Source: Macrostomum lignano (taxonomy: Eukaryota). Taken from it: a DNA stretch of 64,000 bases. Of this stretch, positions 12,820 through 25,774 are shown one piece after another (positions within the stretch are counted from its first letter, which is position 1; each line of letters begins with the position of its first letter). Under the pieces are notes generated by a model. That model did no database searches. It had not been told where the DNA came from and worked only from the letters and a program-made list of their open reading frames with translations. The stretch is taken from assembly GCA_002269645.1 (NCBI GenBank), contig NIVC01001149.1, positions 248,001 to 312,000 on the forward strand. Reading direction: 5' to 3'. Both the position numbers and the translations under genes were made by a program.

Positions 12820-14870
12820 ATGCTTTATTCAACTCCAGCCAAAAGCTATGCTCATCACAGTGTTGCACAGATACAAAAAGCCATGAGCCATACCCAGTTG
12901 GACTTTTCCCACGCTCAGCAGCAGTCCCTTGGCACCAGTCCAGGGATGGTGGCAGCTCTCTGCTGTCCGCTGTCTGCTTCAGAGAAGCGACAGAAGTTTC
13001 TTCATCGACTTGTCCATTTCCGGCACATGGACTTTGAGTATGCCCTGTGGCAGATGTTCTACCTATTTGTGTCGCCTCAGAAAGTCTATCGGAACTTTCA
13101 GTATAGAAAGCGTAAGTGAAGTTTTGCCTAGCATTGTGGTTCTATTTTGTATGTTAGTATAGCACTGGATAGCTAGTTAATAATACTGAGACAAGTGATA
13201 GATAATTTAGCACAGGGCTATATCACAGGTATGGAAGGTAATTGAATAGTTGGGTAGGGTTATATTTGATAGAACAGGTGGACAGGGTTATAGGACAGGT
13301 GAACATGGTTATAGGACAGATGGTCAGGGTTATAGGACAGGTGGTCAGGGTTATAAGACAGGTGGACAGGGTTATAGGACAGGTTGTCAGGGTTATAAAA
13401 CTGGACATGGTTATAGGACAGGTGAACAGGGTTATAGGACAGGTAGATAGGGTTGTAGGACAGGTGGACAGGGTTACAGGACAGATGGTCAGGGTTATAG
13501 GACAGGTGGTCAGGGTTATAAGACAGGTGGACAGGGTTATAGGACAGGTTGTCAGGGTTATAAAACTGGACATGGTTATAGGACAGGTGAACAGGGTTAT
13601 AGGACAGATGGTCAGGGTTATAGGACAGGTGGTCAGGGTTACAGGACAGATGGTCAGGGTTATAGGACAGGTGGTCAGGGTTATAAGACAGGTGGACAGG
13701 GTTATAGGACAGGTTGTCAGGGTTATAAAACTGGACATGGTTATAGGACAGGTGGACATGGTTATAGGGCAGGTGGACAGGGTTATAGGACAGGTGAAGA
13801 GGGCTATAGCACGAATAAATATAAATATTTGTAATAAAAAAATTATAATACCAATTAAAACCTACTCTTTGCCACCTCAGAAACCCGAAACCAGTGGGCC
13901 CGCGATGACCCAGCCTTCCTCGTGCTGCTGTCGACCGCTCTGCTGGGCACTTCCCTGGTCTTCGGCCTGGTATTGCGCCTGTCATTCCTTGAGACTCTCA
14001 AACTGATGCTATGGATTGTCTGCATCGACTGTATCGGCGTTGGCGTTGTCATAGCAACCATTTTCTGGCTGCTGGCCAACCGGGTATACCGGCTGCCCGG
14101 CTCTGCGCCCGCCCTGCAGGTGGAGTGGGCCTACGCCTTTGACGTGCACCTCAATGCCTTCTTTCCGCTGCTGGTGATTCTGCACCTCATCCAGCTGCCC
14201 TTTCTCTACCGTGAGTGCCCTGGCTGGCGATTGGAATGACTGGCAGACAGACACAGACAGACAGGCAGGCAGTCAGACAGACAGACAGGCAGACAAAGAT
14301 ACAACCAGACAGATGGGCAGGCACAGCAAGACACCAAGACTGGCTGAGGCAAATGGAAAAGCATATAGTAGACACACTAAAGCTGGTAACACAGACAGAT
14401 GTATTGATTCTCAGACATGATCAGAGCCGGACTATTGAGCAGACAATCTCATAACAGAACTGAAGACAGACATGGCTATTAACAGTAGTTAGTAGCGTCA
14501 CAGTGCACTGGTGCCCAAGGCTGATCCTCATGCAACGCTAACCCATTGCAGCCGTACTCTATCACGACTGGTTCGTCTCTTCACTATTGGGCAATCTGTT
14601 CTGGCTGGTGGCCATTGTCTATTATCTGTACATCACTTTTCTAGGATATCGAGGTAAAGACTGTTGATTTTCGATTCATATGGGCGATTGAAATTTCACA
14701 AAAAATTAACTAAATATACATTTTTTCTCACAGCGCTAAGTTTCCTGCGCGGAGTGAACGCCATCCTGTACCCCATCACCCTGCTGTGCATCGTGTTCCT
14801 GGTGTCCGTTCTGCTCCGCTGGAATTTCACCAAGCTTCTGGCCGACTTCTACAAGTTTAGAATACGCTGA
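12820..14870 (+). CDS. UNC50: UNC-50/GMH1 Golgi membrane protein, 4 coding exons, about 286 aa
   Basis: join(12820..13111,13881..14210,14552..14653,14734..14870); all GT-AG, phase 1; 861 nt. Motifs MDFEYALWQMFYLFVSPQKVYRNFQYRKQTRNQWARDDPAFLVLL, VEWAYAFDVHLNAFFPLL and ITFLGY..L..WNFT..FYKFR match UNC50. The start could instead be the downstream ATG of MSHTQ. Confidence 0.95.
13260..13800. repeat. 21-bp minisatellite (GGTTATAGGACAGGTGGACAG-like) with higher-order blocks, UNC50 intron 1
   Basis: Tandem units visible. Explains ORFs 13223..14006. Confidence 0.93.
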
Positions 14871-16399
14871 GCGGCCTGCAGCAAAGTGATACATATAAAA
14901 TATATATGAGACGAAATTTTTCAAATATCGGTCAATATATGCGTATTGCTCTACTCACTGTTAAGTAGATTGGCACACTTTTGCACTAATTACCGTATTT
15001 TTTCATTTTTATGTGTCTGTTCGCTTCTCTGTATCTGTTAGCTTAACCAAGTTAGTAATGTTTAGTTGCGGTACATGAATATAATATCACCGTTTTCTCT
15101 GGGGCTCACGGTTTCTGGTGTTCTTCTGTGTATGTAATCAATTAATCTGATAGTTTAGTAAAATTTGTAAATATACCGAACCTTTTGTATATGAAAGAAT
15201 ACAAATAATTAATTTGGAAGTTCGATGCGCTACTTAACTACTATTAGTAGCTTTCTAGCGTCTTTAATTTTAACCTCACTAATATCGACCAATTTTCCTC
15301 GTTTACCTAGTGCTTCTGCTGTAAATTAAATTATTTGAGTCTAAATTAGAGAAATGCTGGTTAACTGGTTGGGTTGTGTTGGTGGCGCACATTAATTAAG
15401 TTTGCTTGGTTATTTCTATTTTTATCTTTGTGTATTTATTGTTAGGATGCTCTGGACTAGAATCCCACAGTTCTGAAATTAGGGTTTCCAGTCCAGGGTA
15501 GATGAGGATCCATGGCTTCCTCATTGGCTAGCCTCCCTTGTTGGAACCTGTAGTGCCTTTAGTTTCAAAAAGGAATTCAATTCAACTCTTGATTATCGAT
15601 TTTCAATTTTCGATATTTATTGAAAACTATTTTTCGATACATATCGGCAATTGACCCAGTTCCTATTTTACAAGCGTTGGAAACTACGGTGGAGCAGTTT
15701 AACTACGTGTCTCTTCCACATCCCTGTCTAACTGTCTCGTTCTTCTTTTATATTCCTATCTGTTCTTGTAATTTTATTCAGAAATCTGTGTTTCCCTATT
15801 GTTTGCTTACATTTCAATAGCTGTTTGTGTTTTTTTGAGTTGATTAAATACATGATCTGAGAGAAGTATGCGACTACTTATGCTATAAATACATCTACAT
15901 ATGCAGAACGGTTACACTGCGGCTTATTTTTAATTGTTGGATTTATTTTCTATTCTATTTAGTTAATAATTAATAGCTGGAGTTGCTATTTTTAGTTTTT
16001 TTGGGTTTAGTACAATGTCATTTCATATCAGTTTGGGGTTTTTTTTCAGTGTTCGCTTTGGCTTTTAAAAATTTGCGATCAAGATATGTCTCAGTAATGA
16101 GTTTTATTTTTTCACTGTTATGTTAGGCAAGGCAGGTCACTGAGTGCAAGTGCGGTGCGTATGTAAGGGTGTAGGTTGACTGCGTTTTCATTTCATGGGA
16201 GCTTTTAAAGTCATTCATTATCTGCTAGGGGATGCAGTACCATTTTTGGGGAATCTATAGTTATCTCGCTTCTCGATATTCTTCGGGCAACTCTACCTAA
16301 CGATCCGACACCATTCTTGTAGAGTAATTCCTGCCATTCTTCCCGGGGATTTCACGCTAGTCTCCATGAGGATTCACTGCTACTCTTGTTGGGAAATTT

Positions 16400-16980
16400 C
16401 CGTCTCTCCCAGGGGATTTTCTGCCACTCTCCCAGGGGATTACCCGCCACTCTTCTAGGGGATTTCCCGCCACTCTTCTAGGGGATTTCCCGCCACTCTC
16501 GCAGGGGATTTCCCGCCACTCTCGCAGGGGATTTCCCGCCACTCTTCTAGGGGATTTCCCGCCACTCTCGCAGGGGATTTCCATCCACTCCTCTATGGGA
16601 TTTCCCGCCACTCTTCGAGGGGATTTCCAACCACTCTTCCATGGGATTTCCAACCACTTCCAGGGGGATTTCCCGCCACTCTCCCAGGGGATTAACCGCC
16701 ACTCTCCCAGCGGATTTCCCGCCACTCTTCCAGGGATTTCCCGACACTCAGGGGATTTCCCGACACTTTCAGGGGATTTCCCGCCACACTTCCATGGGAA
16801 TTCCCGCCACTCTTCCAGGGGATTTCCAACTAATCCAGCGGATTTCCCGCCACTCTTCCAGGGGATTTCCCGCCACTCTTCCAGGGGATTTCCAACTAAT
16901 CCAGGGGATTTCCCGCCAATATTCCAGGGGATTTCCTGCCACTACTTCAGGGGATTTCCCGACACTTCCAAAAGATTCCC
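16400..16980. repeat. 23-bp minisatellite (CCCGCCACTCTTCCAGGGGATTT)n
   Basis: Tandem units visible upstream of the tubulin gene. Confidence 0.92.
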
Positions 16981-17116
16981 TGCTACTTTTCCCGAGGTTC
17001 ACCCCAGCAATCTCTGAGATTTTCTATCACTGGATTTTGTTTATTTCGAAATTCTTACAGTTTTACGGTAATGCTTTGTTCCTATTTCAGCAGTGAAAGG
17101 GCCATTGACTCGTGTC

Positions 17117-19649
17117 ATGTCGACAGTGCTGGTGTGCATCGGCCAGTGCGGCAACCAGCTGGGCGCGGAGTACCTGTCGCATCAGCTCGCAGTTGAGCCC
17201 AGCGTTGTGTCCGACGCTCTGGGCAACGTCAGGGCAGTGTTTGTAGACTCTGAGCGGAAAGTGGTGCAGTCCATGTGCCGCAAGTATCCCGCCTTGCGAG
17301 GCAGAGTGCCAGATGCTAACTGCGTCACTGCCAGGTAGGTGACAACTAATCGTGGGATTCCCTTTGTTGAATTATGGGGATACCCCTTTTCACTCATCTA
17401 TGGAGATTCCCCTTTTCACTGATCTATGGGGATTCCCCTTTTCACTGATCTATTGGGATTCCCCTTTTCACTGAAATGGGGATTCCCCTTTTCACTGATC
17501 TATAGGGATTACCTTTTTCACTGATCTATGGGGATTCCCCTTTTAACTGATCTATGGGGATTCCCGTTTTCACTGATCTATGGGGATTCCCCTTTTAACT
17601 GATCTATGGGGATTCCCGTTTTCACTGATCTATGGGGATTCCCCTTTTACACTGATCTATGGGGATTCCCCTTTTAACTGATCTATGGGGATTCCCCTTT
17701 TCACTGATTTATTGGGATTCCCCTTTTCACTAATCTGTGGGGCTCCCCTTAAGAATGAAACTTTATTGCCGAACCCCGGCCGTCCCGCAGGCAGGGCCGC
17801 GGCAACAACTGGGCTTATGGCTACTCGGCTTCCGGCGACGAGGCGCTTTGCGCCGAACGCCTGGTTGACGACTGCATTCGCCGGGTTGGCGAGCAGTGCG
17901 ACTATTTCTCTGGGGTGCTGCTGGCGCACTCGCTGGCCGGCGGCACCGGCTCGGGCCTGGGCACCCGGCTGGCGGAGTGTGTCCGGGACAGCCTCGGACT
18001 GCAGCTGCTGGCGCACTGCTGCGTGCTGGCTGACAGGGACACCCCGCTGCAGAATTATAACAGCCTGCTGGCTCTGAGCCGCTTGGCTGGCCTGGCTGAC
18101 TGCATGCTGCTTTATAGGAACTCTTCTGAGGCTTCTCCTGCTCAGGTGCGGCCCGCCTGTTGGGGCTGTGGGGGTCTTTGTGCTCAAGATTCTTAAGCAT
18201 GGGTTTCTGAGTTTCTTTTCCCTGAAGTCATGAGTTCCTGAGTTTATTTTCCCTGAAGTAATGAGTTCCTGAGTTTCTTTTCCCTGAAGTCATGAGTTCC
18301 TGAGTTTCTTTTCCCTGAAGTCATGAGTTCCTGAGTTTATTTTCCCTGAAGTCATGAGTTCCTGAGTTTATTTTCCCTGAAGTCATGAGTTCCTGAGTTT
18401 CTTTTCCCTGAAGTCATGAGTTCCTGAGTTTCTTTTCCCTGAAGTCATGAGTTCCTGAGTTTATTTTCCCTGATGTCATGAGTTCCCGAGTTTCTATTCC
18501 CTGAAGCCGTGAGTTCCTGAGTTTCTATTCCCTGAAGCCGTGAGTTCCTGAGTTTCTTTTCTCTGAAGTCTGAAGTCATGAGTTCCTGAGTTTTTTGCCC
18601 TGAAAGTGAAGCTATGAGTTCCATCCATTACTGCATCCCCATTCCCCAGGGCAACTCCATCACTGCATCCCCATCCCCAGGGCAACTTCAATCACTGCAT
18701 CCCCATTCCCTAGGTAAACTCCATCACTGCATCCCCATCCCCAGGGCAACTCCATCACTGCATCCCCATTCCCCAGGTAAACTCCATCACTGCATCCCCA
18801 TCCCCAGGGCAACTCCATCACTGCATCCCCATTCCCCAGGTAAACTCCATCACTGCATCCCCATTCCCCAGGTAAACTCCATCACTACATCCCCATTCCC
18901 CAGGGCAACTCCATCACTGCATCCCCATTCCCCAGGTAAACTCCATCACTGCATCCCCATCCCCAGGGCAACTCCATCACTGCATCTCCATTCCCCAGGT
19001 AAACTCCATCACTGCATCCCCATTCCCCAGGTAAACTCCATCACTGCATCCCCATTCCCCAGGTAAACTCCATCACTGCATCCCCATTCCCCAGGTAAAC
19101 GAGTCTGTCGCCAGCCACCTCAGCCGCTTGCTGTCCCCCTGTCGCAGCCTCTACAAGTCTTGTAGGCTGGGCGGCAACGAGCTGGCTGAACTCACCCGGT
19201 CCTGCTGCCCCCTGCCGGGTCTCAGCCTGCTCAGGACCGCCTCAGCCAACGACCTGCCCTCCCTGCTCCGCTGCCGGCCCCGCCCCGCCTCCACCGTGGC
19301 CGCCGTGGCGGTTCTCCGCTCGCCAAGCGGCTCAAAGATTCGAGCTCCAAAGTCCGCTGATTGCGACGCTTTGAAAGCCTACCTGCGACCCGTGGCTTAC
19401 AATGCCTTCCCGGTGGATTACTGGATGGATTCCGGCTGGGGCGGCGGCGGTTCCAGCCTCACGTTGGCCTACAATTCCGTCTCCGTGGTGGACTGGCTGG
19501 TTCCCATAGCAACTAAAAGTGCCGCCCAGCTGAGCGCGGGTGCCTACTTGCACCACTATGAGCGCTACTTGCCGGATGCCAGGGAGGCGCTGCGCCTGGC
19601 CTCCGTGCAGTTCGAGGATCTCATTGCTGGCTACCGGTCTATGCGCTGA
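17117..19649 (+). CDS. Divergent delta-related tubulin, best fit zeta-tubulin; 3 coding exons, 375 aa
   Basis: join(17117..17334,17791..18145,19095..19649); phases 2 and 0; 1128 nt. Motifs IGQCGNQLG, RAVFVDSE, QGRGNNWAYGY, HSLAGGTGSGLG (tubulin signature), DTPLQNYNSLLAL, VNESVASHL and AYLHHY. There is no acidic tail. VDSE, GRGNNW, PLQ and the short length favour zeta over delta (recalled family motifs). Confidence 0.85.
17345..17740. repeat. 26-bp minisatellite (GGGGATTCCCCTTTTCACTGATCTAT)n, tubulin intron 1
   Basis: Tandem units with a GGGGATTCCCC self-complementary core. Confidence 0.93.
18200..18600. repeat. 31-bp minisatellite (CATGAGTTCCTGAGTTTCTTTTCCCTGAAGT)n, tubulin intron 2
   Basis: Tandem units visible. 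Confidence 0.93.
18620..19100. repeat. 32-bp minisatellite (TCCATCACTGCATCCCCATTCCCCAGGTAAAC)n running into the tubulin exon 3 acceptor
   Basis: Tandem units; the last unit supplies the CAG|GTAAAC junction at 19094/19095. Confidence 0.92.
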
Positions 19650-19679
19650 CACTGTGTGCAGCATATCTGGCTAGTTCTA

Positions 19680-20510
19680 GGATTAGGAGATTTGGGGAGA
19701 TTTAGGATTTAGGAGATTTGGGGAGATTTAGGATTGGGAGATTTCGGGAGATTTAGGATTGGGATATTTGTGAAGGTTTAGGATTGGGATATTTGGGGGA
19801 GATTTAGGATTTGGATATTTGTGGAGGTTTAGGATTGGAATATTTGGGGAGATTTAGGGTTGGGAGATTTCGGGAGATTTAGGATTGGGATATTTGTGGA
19901 GATTTAGGATTGGAATATTTAGGGAGATTTAGGATTGGGATATTTGGGGAGATTTAGGATTGGGATATTTGGGGAGATTTGGGATTGGGATATTTGGGGA
20001 GATTTAGGATTGGGATATTTGGGGAGATTTAGGATTTGAATATTTAAAGAGGGTTAGGATTGTGATATTTAGGGAGATTTAGGATTGGGATATTTAGGGA
20101 GATTTAGAATTGGGGTATTTTGGGGGGTTTAGGATTGGGATATTTAGGGACATTTAGGATTTGAATATTTAGGAGGTTTAGGATTGGGTTATTTGGGAAG
20201 ATTTAGGATTGGGATATTTGGGGAGACCTAGGATTGGAAGATTAAGGATTGGGATATTTTGGGAGACCTAGGATTGAGAGAGTTAGGATTGGGATGTTTG
20301 GGGGGACCTAGGATTGAGAGAGTTAGGATTAGGATGTTTGGGGGGACCTAGGATTGAGAGAGTTAGGATTAGGATGTTTGGGGGGACCTAGGATTGAGAG
20401 AGTTAGGATTAGGATGTTTGGGGGGACCTAGGATTGAGAGAGTTAGGATTAGGATGTTTGGGGAGACCTAGGATTGAGAGATTTGGAATTGGGAGATTTA
20501 GGATTTTGAG
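19680..20510. repeat. About 25-bp G/T-rich minisatellite (GGGAGATTTAGGATTGGGATATTTG)n downstream of the tubulin stop
   Basis: Tandem units, followed by AATAAA at about 20525 (possible poly(A) signal). Confidence 0.9.
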
Positions 20511-20787
20511 ATCCTTTTATGTTCAATAAATACTGTATACATGGTATATGAATGTACAGAAATATCCTGTAAGAAGCGGCTGTGCATTTCTGCTTTTACT
20601 TGAGCTGTTCCGTCCATGTTATGCTAACTTTATTTGCAAGAAAAATTATGCCAAAATAAATGTTTTCTAAAGCAGTTTGTTTATGCCTTTCGATGACTTT
20701 CATTTAAGTTACTTTAAGTAGTACTAATAGGATTATAAATGTTGTCATCCAGCTGATTTACCCTGCCTTCTGATTCGTTCCACTCTT

Positions 20788-20836
20788 CAGCCAATAGCAT
20801 TTGCCCAATAGCGAATAGCCAGTCAGCTTATAAAAC
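20788..20836 (+). promoter_or_regulatory. Putative Pol II core promoter of the ZIP gene (two CCAAT boxes and TATAAAA)
   Basis: CCAAT at 20791 and 20805, TATAAAA at 20829-20835, about 200 bp upstream of the ZIP ATG. Based on motifs only. Confidence 0.5.
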
Positions 20837-21036
20837 ACTCGTCTGGGTCTGGGTAACTGACTGCAGCAGTGCGAACTTTGCGTGTCTCTCACTGTGTGCC
20901 TACTTGTTCATTTGCAGCCTCCTTCATCCCCGGTGGCAGCTGGCACTGTTACTGAGAAGAGCCTCGCGGTGAGAGTCTGAGCGGCAGTTCACCAGCTACT
21001 ACTAGTCAATCAGTAGTAATTATCATTATCAACAGT

Positions 21037-22845
21037 ATGTGCAAAGCCAGGGATTGGCAGCAGGTGAGAACTGCGGCCTGTCTGTTCTGCTTTCTACTCT
21101 GCGTGCTGCTCAATGTGCACCTGCAGTCGGCTGCCGCTGCCGACTCGGCTGTCCACCGGACTAACCAGTCTCGAAGGCACCTGAATCTCATCATGCTGGA
21201 GTACGGAGACTCGAACAAGTCTGTGAATCTGCACGGTCTGGAGCGGCTCATGGTTCAGATTGGGCTGCTGAAAAATCAGACTGCTCAGCCGGTTGAGCAC
21301 AAGGAGGAGCATGAGCATGAGCACGAAAATGAGCATGAGCACGAGATGGAGGCTAAACAGAGCGCAAATGAGACCGGCACTGTTAAAGAGGTCAGTATGA
21401 TGCTATATTTTCAGATTTCACCGCCCTGAGGGCCTTGAGTACAGTATTGGCGCGATTGTATTCATGCTCAAGAGTCAGCGCATGGCTAATGGTGATGTCG
21501 AGTAACTGAGTAGTAGCGTGTGTATGGACAGACTCTCTTGCATGCTCCCTCATCAGTATAGGGGCAAGCGTAAAAACGTACACCCCAAACAGTACACAAA
21601 TTGTTCTCAATTTCAGTTCTTAAGTCCTTCTAACCATTAGCTCTGTAGGCCTTGCTGATTTCACTTGGCTCCGCCTCCGCCTTCCTAACAGACACGTGTC
21701 TGTTCTTATCTGTTAGACTTTGTGGTAGGCGGGCTGGTCACGTGAGCAGCTCGTGCTCGTGTGCTCCGCCACAGCTGTTAATGCTAGCAGCAGGTTTATG
21801 CGCTATTCAACTTCATTGAACAATCTCTTCTCAAGTTCGAAAGAAATTTGTCATGTGACCGGCGGCTTGCTAGCATGCAAAAAAGTGCTCACAAAGAAGT
21901 ACCAGTGCGTTAATTTAACGCCTTAATATTGGTGTTACCTTTTTCCGAGTGCTTTCTAGTTAACAAACAGCAGAAGCAGAAACCGGCTTGGGTGCAGTGT
22001 TGTAGATAAGTACAGGCCCCCCCCCTGTGCTTTCTTTCTTAGAAATAGTTAGCTTTATGACACAAAAATCAGGTGCTGCTCAAAGTCCACCTGTCAATCA
22101 GTCTGGTCTGTCTGCATACATTCCAGTTCATAAATAGTGTATCCTGTCCTGAAATCCTATTGAAAATTGCACAAGGTCCAAGCTGGAGTAGTTTTAGACC
22201 CTTGTAGCCATAGTTCCTTTCCTGCATCAGCTAATTCAAATCAACCGCTCAGGCCGTGTCTTTGTATTCTGCATATTTAATTAGCAATACAGTGCTCAAG
22301 CAGGAACTTGCCCTTTGGGAGCCTGCCGCCTCGGCACTGTGGTTTTTCCTCTTGAGCTCTTGAGCTGCTCAAATGCTATTTATAGCTTATAGATTGCTGG
22401 TCAGGAGAGAAAGTACGGAGAGCAGCCGAGTGGCTCCTTTCATTTTTAATTTGTCGTCGGCTAAAGCCTGCTCGCGTGCTGGCACCTAATCTTAGTTATT
22501 TCTCTGCTGCTTCCTTCCTGCGAGATCTTCCGAGAGGCGTCTTGCCACTTCAGCTTGTTTTTTGGCTGTGCCAATTTTGCTGCTTTTTTTCTTCTTGGAA
22601 CGCACAGGCACAGGACCTGTCAGCGAGCACTGGTCTGCCTGGCATCATCGATTGCTGGCCACCCACGCGTTTGCAGAGTTTGCTCAGGCCGTGTACTCAG
22701 GCCTCAGGGGTGATGGGCTTTAGGGACAGGCGTTCAGACCGTTTGTGTGGCTTGTCCCTGTCTTTTGGAAGGAATATGACAATAAAGTGGGTGAGATACA
22801 GATGGATAAATCGATATATGGATAGACAGACAGATAGATAGATAA

Positions 22846-22914
<69 letters not shown>

Positions 22915-23067
22915 CAGATTGATAGATATACAGATAGATAGATAGATAGACAGATAGATAGATAGAAAGATAGATAGACATATAGATAGATAGACAGACA
23001 GATAGATAGATAGATAGATAGATAGATGGATGGATGGATGGATAGATAGATAGATAGATAGATAGAC

Positions 23068-23106
<39 letters not shown>

Positions 23107-25515
23107 CAACAGGCAGACAGATAGATATATGATTTACTAGAGATTAACAAGTATTTAGCACAATATACAAGTTAATTCTCATGCATCCATCCTAAACGCC
23201 ATGCTCAAATTCAACACTCAGAACAGCAGTATGACTCAGCGCCAGGTGCTGACTAAGGTCCCAAGCTTATAACCGCTATTTTCTCCTTGGCTGGCTCCCA
23301 GCCAGTCCCTCCTGTCTGCTAAGACCCTCGCTGACGTAATCATTTGAAACTCTTCCTTTCGTGTCGGATTACTGTACTGTAAATATTCCCAAAAGCTTGT
23401 AGGCATCAGTATTATGCATTATTATATACTATACTACCGGCTCTAAGGAGTTCCGCTGTTCGTGTCTTATTTCCTCATTAATCCTCTCCGGTGGACCCCC
23501 AACCGTTCTTTTTTCAAGTCTAAAAACTGGGCCATCCCGCCTAGTGGTTCGCTACACTCTGCCTGCCTGACACGCATCGCCACTGTAAACTTGCTTTAAA
23601 TATAGTCAGCTCAGCACTGGACTGGCAATGAAAAGGAAAATCTTGAGAGAAAAAACGATACTTCTCTTGTGTCCTGCATGGCCCACTGTAGCCATCTGCT
23701 TCAAGTTTAATTTAAGCAATCACCTTTGATGGCCTGGATCCTGCGGATGAAATTAAAGGGCTTCAGGGCTTGGTGACGAAGATTTCTGCGGTGATTGCAT
23801 GAGTTTAATGGGTTCAAGGGGTATTCGATGCATCCAGGGGGTATTAGATGCATCCAGGGGGTATTAGATGCATCCAGGGGGTATTAGATGCATCCAGGGG
23901 GTATTAGATGCATCCAGGGGGTATTAAATGCATCCAGGGGTATTAGATGCATCCAGGGGTATTAGATGCATCCAGGGGGTATTAGATGCATCCAGGGGGT
24001 ATTAGATGCATCCAGGGGGGTATTAGATGCATCCAGGGGGTATTAGATGCATCCAGGGGGTATTAGATGCATCCAGGGGGTATTAGATGCATCCAGGGGG
24101 TATTAGATTCATCCAGGGGGTATTAGATTCATCCAGGGGGTATTAGATGCATCCAGGGGGTATTCGATGCATCCAGGGGGTATTAGATGCATCCAGGGGG
24201 TATTAGATGCATCCAGGGGGTATTAGATGCATCCAGGGGGTATTAGATGCATCCAGGGGGTATTAGATGCATCCAAGGGGTATTAGATGCATCCAGAGGG
24301 TATTAAATGCATCCAGGAGGTATTGAATAGGTTCATGAGGGTATTGACTGGATTTAGCGGGGTATTGACTGGGTTCAGAGGGTATTGACTGGGTTCAGGG
24401 GGTAGTGATTGGGTTCAGTGGGTATTAAATCAATTCAGGGGGTATGAAATCGGTTCAGAGGGTATTGAATTGGTTCAGAGGGTATTAAATTGGTTCAGAG
24501 GGTATTAAATCGGTTCAGAGGGTATTAAATCTGTTCAGAGGGTATTGAATGGGTTCAGAGGGTATTAAATCGGTTCAGAGGGCATTAAATCGGTTCAGAG
24601 GGTAATAAATCGGTTCAGAGGTTATTAACTTTAGAGGGTATTAAATCGATTCAATGCATTCTATAGGCTCAGATGATGTTAACTTTGTTCAGTGCATAAT
24701 TAATAGACTTTATTTTATTGTGTCATTTCACACGCGCATATATAACCGAAGCAATAATTGTTTAACGCTGCGCCCCTTCCGTCACTTCCGCAGTGCCCCA
24801 CAGCCAGGCAGATGCTGTCCTGGTACCCCAGCGGCCAGGCCTTTGGCAGCCTCACGGAGCCGGAATTTCTGGACCTCTGCCCGACCCTGGTGTACCTGCT
24901 GCACTCCAAGGCCTGCAGCCGCGGCTCGACTCCCGACCCCGCCAAGCCGCCCGGTCGCACCTGGAAGGTGTGGGGCGCCTCCCTGCTGGCTGTTCTGATC
25001 ACCAGCCTGGGCGGCGTGGCCACCATCTTCATCATCCGGCCGCTCATGCGGACCCGCTTCTACACTCTGGTGGTCCAGTTCCTCATCGCCCTGGCCGTCG
25101 GGTCTCTGAGCGGTGACGCCTTCCTGCACCTGCTGCCTCATGTGAGTCTGCGGTTCACCTGTGTGTCTGTGACTGCTGCCTCATGTGAGTCCGCGGTTCA
25201 CCTGTGTGTCTGTGACTGCTGCCTCATGTGAGTCTGCGGTTCACCTGTGTGTCTGTGACTGCTGCCTCATGTGAGTCCGCGGTTCACCTGTGTGTCTGTG
25301 ACTGCTGCCTCATGTGAGTCTGCGGTTCACCTGTGTGTCTGTGACTGCTGCCTCATGTGAGTCTGCGGTTCACCTGTGTGTCTGTGACTGCTGCCTCATG
25401 TGAGTCTGCGGTTTACCTGTGTGTCTGTGACTGCTGCCTCATGTGAGTCCGCGGTTTACCTGTGTCTGTGACTGCTGCCTCATGTGAGTCTGCGGTTCAC
25501 CTGAGTCTGTCTGTC

Positions 25516-25566
<51 letters not shown>

Positions 25567-25643
25567 TTCTGTCTGTCTGTCTGTCTTTCTGTCTGTCTAC
25601 CTGTATGTGTCTGTCCGTCTATCTGTCTGCCTTAGTGTCTGTA

Positions 25644-25674
<31 letters not shown>

Positions 25675-25729
25675 TTCTGTCTGTCTACCTGTATGTGTCT
25701 GTCCGTCTATCTGTCTGCCTTAGTGTCTG

Positions 25730-25774
<45 letters not shown>

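Noticed and set aside
19680-20510. Interstitial telomere-like sequence (TTAGGA/TTAGGG); also CCCTAA at 27.9-28.2 kb
   Set aside because: The hexamers are isolated parts of longer minisatellite units, not tandem telomere repeats.
22280-22790. Possible extra ZIP exons in intron 1
   Set aside because: Exon 1 joins 24794 in phase with the expected Cys motif; candidate frames here hit stops or lack good donors.
23240-23575. Possible solo LTR ending ..GGTTCGCTACA
   Set aside because: I could not define the left end or a TSD, and there is no second copy in the window.
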